From: Patescibacteria group bacterium
Lineage (GTDB): Bacteria > Patescibacteriota > Dojkabacteria > JAKAPS01
DNA length: 64,000 bases
Assembly: GCA_025450075.1 (NCBI GenBank)
Contig: JANWIC010000011.1
Span: 902 to 64,901, forward strand
Direction: 5' to 3'
Shown: positions 58,074-64,000 of the stretch, piece after piece
Numbering within the stretch: position 1 is the stretch's first letter
Layout: every line of letters begins with the position of its first letter
Position numbers and translations under genes: made by a program
The notes under the pieces: generated by a model
Told to the model about the DNA's origin: nothing
Databases searched by the model: none
What the model saw: only the letters and a program-made list of their open reading frames with translations

Positions 58074-59903
58074 ATGTATAAGACTAAAGCAAACAAGTTC
58101 TTTGTAGCCTTTCAGATATTTCTGATTGTAACGGCAGGTGTTTTCACGTTTTCTTACTTTTCGGCAAACAGTAATGCAAGTCCGAGCGGTATGGCATCTT
58201 TAGCTGCAACTACTGCAAGCGGATGTACTATTAACCCGGTAAATGTTTGGAATTGTCCTCACTATACAACAACGCTTCCATCTAATGTAGCGTATAGCGG
58301 TATTCCGACTTCATTAACTTTGAACCAACCTTATACATTTAATGTCAGCGTTCATGTAAATAAACTCCTTTCCAATTTAATCAATGGAAAAAGTGACAAT
58401 TTTGGAATTAGTCTTGCCAGAGTTGACCAATCACCTATAGGAACATCAATTGATACACCAAATAATACCATTACAGTAGAATCCCTTTCTCAAAACAGAG
58501 GTGCTGATTCTAATCTTGGAGATTTGCAAGAAGCAGTATATAACAATGCTTCTCCAATCGGTGCAGGAAAACAATGGAGTACATATCAATGTGCAGGAAG
58601 TTTAAAAAGTGTAGCGAATGTAACAGTCGGACAGACATATGCATTTTCATGTATATTCACTCCAACTCGAACAGGATTTTATCAGGTTGATGTAAACAGT
58701 CAGGCATATTACAACAATTCGACACAAAATTGTGTTCAGGGATTGTGTGGACCTATCGCAGCATTATTTGTAAAAGTAGATAAGACTGTTCCAACAGAAA
58801 CACCTACAGCAACAGCAACACCAACACCTACATCTACACCAACTGGTACTCCAACACCAAGTGCTGAATGTACAAATATCATTCTTTCAGATGCAACAAA
58901 TACGAGCCAAGTATACCCAAATAACAGCCAGGTAACTCCAATTCAAGTAAACGGACAGGCTACAAATAATAGCAGAAATATAAATGCTACGATTACTGGT
59001 ACTGCAAATAACATTTCATCTCTTGGAGTAAAATGGGCAGTTACCGGAACTGATGCAACAACATCTCAAGCAATAACTGTTGATGAATCAAGCCAATTAT
59101 CCAATATTCAAACCAATGGAAATGGACAGTATAGCGCAACATATACATTCCGCTTCGGCCCATTTGACAGTGGAAAGAATTTCGATTCATCAAATATTAC
59201 AGCTAACCATAATTACGTATATTCAATAAATCCTTCACTATACATAAACAATCAGTTATTCAGTTCAAACATTCCAAATTGTAATGGAAGACTTCTTACA
59301 ACTTCAGTAGGAACGGTGCTTCCTACACAGACTACTGCTAGCATTACTGTTACAAAAACAAGAATAACAAATGAACCAATAACAGTAGGACAGGATGCAA
59401 CATTTAAAATTACGATCACAAACTCAGGAACTGAACCACTTACAAATGTTATGTTTGACGATAACTATGGAAATACCGGTGTAATGTCATACAAATCCGG
59501 AAATGTATTTGAAACAAATAGCGGAACAAACAGTGGAACTGTTGATATCTCACAACAATTGGTAAACAGTGCAAACAACGGTACAACAACTACAATAAAC
59601 CTAACCTCTCTTAATGGGATGAAGAATCTGCAACCAAATGACAGCTTCACTTTGATGCTGACATTTACCGGACAAAGTGCAACTGCAAATAATAACACAA
59701 CAACAGATGTTGCAACTGGAACAGGTACTTCAACTGTATCCAATAACAAAGTAACAAATTCTGCTGAAGCAACGGTGACTTTCTCACCTATCCCTTCATC
59801 TCCAAATACTGGAGCTGATACAGGAATAACATTTGGTGCATTAGCTCTATTGTTAGCTTCTATCGCAGGAAAGAAATACTTTTTGAAATTTTTAATAGGG
59901 TAA
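58074..59903 (+). CDS. Thr/Asn-rich cell-surface protein with DUF11-like Ig domain and C-terminal sortase-type sorting signal
   Basis: N-terminal signal; PT repeat; ITVTK..VGQDATFKITITNSG; SPNTG + hydrophobic segment + KK. Confidence 0.8.
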   Translation: MYKTKANKFFVAFQIFLIVTAGVFTFSYFSANSNASPSGMASLAATTASGCTINPVNVWNCPHYTTTLPSNVAYSGIPTSLTLNQPYTFNVSVHVNKLLSNLINGKSDNFGISLARVDQSPIGTSIDTPNNTITVESLSQNRGADSNLGDLQEAVYNNASPIGAGKQWSTYQCAGSLKSVANVTVGQTYAFSCIFTPTRTGFYQVDVNSQAYYNNSTQNCVQGLCGPIAALFVKVDKTVPTETPTATATPTPTSTPTGTPTPSAECTNIILSDATNTSQVYPNNSQVTPIQVNGQATNNSRNINATITGTANNISSLGVKWAVTGTDATTSQAITVDESSQLSNIQTNGNGQYSATYTFRFGPFDSGKNFDSSNITANHNYVYSINPSLYINNQLFSSNIPNCNGRLLTTSVGTVLPTQTTASITVTKTRITNEPITVGQDATFKITITNSGTEPLTNVMFDDNYGNTGVMSYKSGNVFETNSGTNSGTVDISQQLVNSANNGTTTTINLTSLNGMKNLQPNDSFTLMLTFTGQSATANNNTTTDVATGTGTSTVSNNKVTNSAEATVTFSPIPSSPNTGADTGITFGALALLLASIAGKKYFLKFLIG

Positions 59904-59937
59904 GGTATAATCGCCATAGACTCAATACTATTGATCT

Positions 59938-60222
59938 ATGGCGAAACCTAACTTAAGAAGCGAAATTCAAGCTCTCAGAAATCAAGCAAAAGCTAGAGGA
60001 CATGACAGTAAAGTCAGTAATGAAGAACTAAAGAAGAAAGCTTTTACACACAACGAATCTGATAAATCCACACATAAGTATGTGTACAGGGATATATTTC
60101 GTACTTTCCTGTTTCTTCTTGTTGCGCTTATTATTTTGTTTTTGGCATCAGTCAAGATGAGTTCTCTTCTTCCATTTGAACATGCCAGACAAGCACTTCA
60201 TATTACCCAATTTTCATTCTAA
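59938..60222 (+). CDS. Small basic single-TM protein
   Basis: 94 aa, YVYRDI then a TM. Confidence 0.7.
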   Translation: MAKPNLRSEIQALRNQAKARGHDSKVSNEELKKKAFTHNESDKSTHKYVYRDIFRTFLFLLVALIILFLASVKMSSLLPFEHARQALHITQFSF

Positions 60223-60236
60223 GGACTGCTTTTATG

Positions 60237-60245
60237 TGATATAAT
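60237..60245 (+). promoter_or_regulatory. Extended -10 promoter of rnpB
   Basis: TGaTATAAT ending 6 nt before the P1 helix. Confidence 0.65.
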
Positions 60246-60251
60246 ATGCGC

Positions 60252-60563
60252 GCCAGTAGTTCAAGTGGCTGCGTATATGGATTCCATATATGAGGAAAGT
60301 CCGAGCTCAGGCAGACCTAGTCTGCAGACGTGCTGGGTAACACCCAGGGGGGAGTGATCTTCCGAATAGGGCAACAGAAAATATACAGCTAAGGTTTCTT
60401 AGCAATGGTGAAATGGCAGGGTAAGAGCCTACCGCTTGCCTAGTAATAGACAAGGCAGTGCAACCTCCACATGAGCAAGTAGAGAACTACGCATGAGCTT
60501 TAGTGAGAACTAGAGCCTAGATAGATAGCCACATAAACAGAACTCGGCTTACGGACTACTGGT
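60252..60563 (+). ncRNA. rnpB: RNase P RNA
   Basis: GAGGAAAGTCC, ACAGAAA, GGTGAAA, GAGCAA and ACAGAACTCGGCTTA conserved regions; P1 GCCAGTAGT/ACTACTGGT. Confidence 0.96.
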
Positions 60564-60578
60564 ATTAAATATTTACAT

Positions 60579-62162
60579 ATGTATCTAAAAATCACAAATT
60601 TACGAAAACGTTATGACGGCAGAAATGTCTTGAATAAGGTAACATTTATTGCCGGTAACGGCGAAAGGATTGGCTTAATCGGCAAGAATGGAGCTGGAAA
60701 AACGACTCTTTTACGCCTGATTGCAGGATTAGATATCCCTACTTCAGGGAAAATCGAAAAAGACCCACCTCGAGCAAGCATCGGTTATCACCAGCAAGTA
60801 GTCATGGAAAGGACGATGCGTATCGAAGAGTTTATCCTCTCTTCAATCTCCTATCTTTGGGAAATTAAGGAGAAATTGCAACAGGCATTTGACCAAAAAT
60901 TGCTTGAAGAATATGAAATACGGGGTGGCTTTATTGCTGAATCACGAATTAAGGCAACGCTGCAAAAGCTTGGTCTTGGGGCATATAATGAACGAACACC
61001 AATTGCAACGTTATCGGGAGGTGAGAAAACAAGACTGCAACTTGCTCCAATCCTACTAATAAAGCCAGATATCCTTCTACTTGATGAACCGACTAACCAT
61101 TTGGATATAGATGGAATTACCTTTCTGGAAAACTACATTAAGAATTACCAGGGACTTGTCATCATTGCTACCCATGATGTTGAACTGTTAAAAAACTGTG
61201 CCAGTCGAATGATGGAACTTGATGAAGGAAAACTCCTTGATATTCATACCAGTTATACCAATTTTTATGACGAAAAAGACCGGATAAAAAAACACAGCCA
61301 GGAAGAGTACAAAATGCAAAAGCAAGAATTAAAAAAACTTCATGAGAATCTTGCGATGTTTCAGGAATCCCAATATCTTGCAGAAAACCAAAAAAGAATT
61401 GTTCGAAAAGATAATGACAAAATGGGTTTTAATTTCCTCGCTGAAAAAGCTGCAAGAAAATTCTCCAGGCGGGCTGATGTAGTTCGAAGGAAAATTGACA
61501 ATTTTGAGAATTTAGAAAAGCCACAGGAAGGGTGGAAAATGATGCTTGATTTGCATACAACTCCCCAAAACAAACTTGTATGGACTCTCAAAGACATATC
61601 CATTACCTACGGGAAGCAGCAAGTAATCCGGAATTTCTCATATGATATCTATTCTCATGAAAAAATTGCATTAGTCGGACCAAACGGATCTGGAAAAACA
61701 ACCCTGCTCAAAACATTAGCTAATCAGATGAAACCTGATAGCGGTGAAATTACAAGGAATGAATCCGTCCATGTAGGATATTTAAGCCAGGACCATTTGG
61801 AGATTGATGTGACAAAAACAATTATTGAAGATTTCTTAAACAGCACAGAAGTGAATGAAGCTGTTTCTAGAACCTATCTTCATCGTTTTCTTTTTAAAGA
61901 CAGTGAAGTCTATCGCCACATCAGCACATTCTCCCAAGGAGAAAAAGCAAAATATGCATTCGCAAAGATGCTATTCTTCAAACCGGATTACCTACTGTTA
62001 GATGAACCTACAAACTATATGGATATTGAATCAAAAGAAATTATCATACAGGCTCTTGATGAATTTCCAAATGGCATGATAATTGCAACGCATGACAGGC
62101 AGCTTTTAAAAAAGCTTTCCATAGACCGAATGATTACATTGGATAAAAACACTAAGTCGTAA
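60579..62162 (+). CDS. ABC-F family ATPase, possibly ribosome-protection type
   Basis: Two ABC domains (GKNGAGKT/LSGGE/LLLDEPTN; GPNGSGKT/FSQGE/LLLDEPTN), no TM, long linker. Confidence 0.92.
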   Translation: MYLKITNLRKRYDGRNVLNKVTFIAGNGERIGLIGKNGAGKTTLLRLIAGLDIPTSGKIEKDPPRASIGYHQQVVMERTMRIEEFILSSISYLWEIKEKLQQAFDQKLLEEYEIRGGFIAESRIKATLQKLGLGAYNERTPIATLSGGEKTRLQLAPILLIKPDILLLDEPTNHLDIDGITFLENYIKNYQGLVIIATHDVELLKNCASRMMELDEGKLLDIHTSYTNFYDEKDRIKKHSQEEYKMQKQELKKLHENLAMFQESQYLAENQKRIVRKDNDKMGFNFLAEKAARKFSRRADVVRRKIDNFENLEKPQEGWKMMLDLHTTPQNKLVWTLKDISITYGKQQVIRNFSYDIYSHEKIALVGPNGSGKTTLLKTLANQMKPDSGEITRNESVHVGYLSQDHLEIDVTKTIIEDFLNSTEVNEAVSRTYLHRFLFKDSEVYRHISTFSQGEKAKYAFAKMLFFKPDYLLLDEPTNYMDIESKEIIIQALDEFPNGMIIATHDRQLLKKLSIDRMITLDKNTKS

Positions 62163-62562
62163 TTGGCACAGGAGGTGCAATTTGAAGATTATTTGCATTA
62201 TCCATTTCTTTTTTTGATTCAGCAATAAACATGATCACGAGTATGACCCAGATGATGATAAGACCTCCAGCAATGGGAATTGTCCACCAATAATTTTTCA
62301 AAAAATCAGAACTTCCTGCCTGGAGGCTTTCTGAAAACGTTTGTGTTGCATTCGTAACTTGTGTAACAGATGGAGATATGAAAGACTGGATTGTTCTTGT
62401 AGGGGTTAGGGAATCTGCTGAGGAAGAAATACTGCTACTTCCGCGATAAATCTGGGTAATCGTAACCGGAATTGCAAATGTTACAAACAAGATTAAAAAA
62501 GCCGTCACATACTTTTTTATACGGCTAAACCGGCCTTGTTCTTCAAGCATTTCTGTAATCAT
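62152..62562 (-). CDS. Hypothetical two-TM protein
   Basis: Two hydrophobic helices around a Ser/Thr-rich loop. Confidence 0.65.
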   Translation of the reverse strand: MITEMLEEQGRFSRIKKYVTAFLILFVTFAIPVTITQIYRGSSSISSSADSLTPTRTIQSFISPSVTQVTNATQTFSESLQAGSSDFLKNYWWTIPIAGGLIIIWVILVIMFIAESKKEMDNANNLQIAPPVPITT

Positions 62563-62612
62563 ATGGCAGTTTTTCTACTCTATCCTATCTTACACTAACT
62601 TGAGATATATAA

Positions 62613-63554
62613 TCAAATACCCAGCTTTTTTCCATACCCATTTACAAACTCAGCACCTGACATTTCACGTTTGCCCGTCGGCTTTACTGTTAAAAGTTCT
62701 AACATACCATCTTTACATCCAACATATAGGTGTCGAATACCTTCTTGTTTTATCGAACGAAACTCCCCTGGATTAATGGTTAAGTCAAGAATCTGTTCGC
62801 TTGGCCTGACGGAAATGAGTTGAAATGTGATATCCCCTATTGATTTTGTAATATATTCAAATGGCGCAATACTTCTGACTGCACGATCTATTTCGATAGC
62901 ACGATGTGTCATCCAATCTACTTCTTTTATTTCTTGTATCTGCTTGATATAGCAATAGGTTGCATCTGATGCATTTTGCTTTATTAATGGAAGTTCACCT
63001 TTTCCATATGCCGAAATCACTGTGACTAAAATCCTGACCCCAATTTCTGCTATTCGGTCTGCTAATGATCCGAATGTTTCTTCAGATTGTAATGAAAGTT
63101 TCTCCTGGATGAGAATATCTCCCGTATCCATCCCTTCATCCATCTTTATAATACTTACACCACTTTCGGTAAGCCCATCAAAAATTGCTTTTTGCATAGG
63201 TATGGCACCTCGAAGTTTTGGTAAATATGAGCCATGAATATTTAAAAAGCCCTTTGGAGGAATAGAAAGTATTTTAGCTGAAATGATTTTTCCATACGAG
63301 GCAACGATACATAGGTCTGGGTTAAGGTTTTGTAAAAAAGATGGAATCTCAGGTGTATTGACACAACTGGGGATTTGAAATTTATCAGCGATCTGTTTTA
63401 CTACATTTGGTGTAACGGTCATACCTCTTCCTGATGAGGCATCAGGTTTTGTTACCACTCCTGTTATGGAATACCCTTCATCTTCTTGTTTTTCAAGAAG
63501 ATGAAAGAGAGTTTTTTGAGCAAATTGGGAACTTCCAAAAAAGACAATTTTCAT
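62613..63554 (-). CDS. fmt: Methionyl-tRNA formyltransferase
   Basis: MKIVFFGSSQFA, VVTKPD, ASYGKI, NIHGSYLPKLRGA, MDTGDI. Confidence 0.96.
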   Translation of the reverse strand: MKIVFFGSSQFAQKTLFHLLEKQEDEGYSITGVVTKPDASSGRGMTVTPNVVKQIADKFQIPSCVNTPEIPSFLQNLNPDLCIVASYGKIISAKILSIPPKGFLNIHGSYLPKLRGAIPMQKAIFDGLTESGVSIIKMDEGMDTGDILIQEKLSLQSEETFGSLADRIAEIGVRILVTVISAYGKGELPLIKQNASDATYCYIKQIQEIKEVDWMTHRAIEIDRAVRSIAPFEYITKSIGDITFQLISVRPSEQILDLTINPGEFRSIKQEGIRHLYVGCKDGMLELLTVKPTGKREMSGAEFVNGYGKKLGI

Positions 63555-63698
63555 CAGTTTGTTGTAATGATAGAGACATAATACCAAACTTTTACCATAT
63601 TTAAAAGGTTTTATTGACATTGCTGTAATGAATGCGGTAATATATACCCATTAGATCCGTGGAATTGCGGCTGTATTATTATTTTACTATGACTAATT

Positions 63699-64000
63699 AT
63701 GGAATCCATATTACTCGCACTGCTGGGGGCAGCTCTAGTAGGAACTGGTGGGTTGAGCGCCTACCTGTACAAATCTCTGTCTGATGAAAAAGTTAAGAGG
63801 GAAAAGGAAATAAATGCCCTCAAAAATATCCCTGAAGAAAGGCAATTAGAGCTTGTTGGCACGAAGGCAAAAGAAATCTTGCTAAGTGCTGAAAGAAAGG
63901 CTCTCGAAATCCAAGCGGAAATGGACAAAAAGTCCCAAACTGCACGTGAGGAGATAGCTAACCTGGAAAGACGACTTATCACCCGGGAAGAGGCTGTAGA
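63699..64000 (+). CDS. rny: Ribonuclease Y, N-terminal fragment running off the window
   Basis: Manual translation MESILLALLGAALVG (TM)..KAKEILLSAE..LERRLITREE coiled coil; TTGACA at 63614 upstream. Confidence 0.75.
   Translation, partial: MESILLALLGAALVGTGGLSAYLYKSLSDEKVKREKEINALKNIPEERQLELVGTKAKEILLSAERKALEIQAEMDKKSQTAREEIANLERRLITREEAV

Noticed and set aside
58790-58862. Tandem ACACCA-like repeats
   Set aside because: They encode the Pro/Thr linker; not a CRISPR array or non-coding repeat
59465-59917. 150-aa minus-strand ORF and other antisense ORFs inside long genes
   Set aside because: Shadows of codon-biased real genes, with no motifs or start signals
1-64000. Alternative genetic code (UGA=Gly), CRISPR array, IS elements, introns or inteins in recA and secA
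   Set aside because: Conserved genes end properly at TGA and RF2 is present; no repeat-spacer array or transposase seen; recA and secA have normal lengths

Overview
AT-rich, tightly packed chromosomal segment using the standard bacterial code (TGA is a stop; prfB is present). Gene content (DUF4012, CAP protein, sortase, orphan VirD4/TraG-like ATPase, type-2 IleRS, GT4 cluster, many short leaders without a Shine-Dalgarno site) suggests a Patescibacteria/CPR organism; this is inference. The window is mostly housekeeping: glyQS (partial), recO, ileS, serS, hpf, uppP, secA, two greA-family genes, ftsEX, prfB, miaA, hup, def, rel, recJ, recX, recA, secDF, nfo, fmt, rny (partial), tRNA-Glu(CTC) and RNase P RNA. 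It also has a glycosyltransferase/two-component block and a HEPN-MNT pair. I saw no CRISPR array, transposase or integrase. Best leads: (1) two compact T-box riboswitch candidates with an ultra-short Stem I carrying the cognate codon, one before serS (UCC, apparently translational with no SD) and one before ileS (AUC, with a terminator and an atypical T-box bulge); (2) a Rel protein that has lost its synthetase catalytic Glu; (3) many intact ORFs with decayed catalytic motifs; (4) a mosaic RNase P RNA; (5) a sortase with an SPNTG substrate; (6) FtsEX linked to a C39-like peptidase effector; (7) small genes missed by the ORF track. All calls come from manual motif reading, with no database searches.
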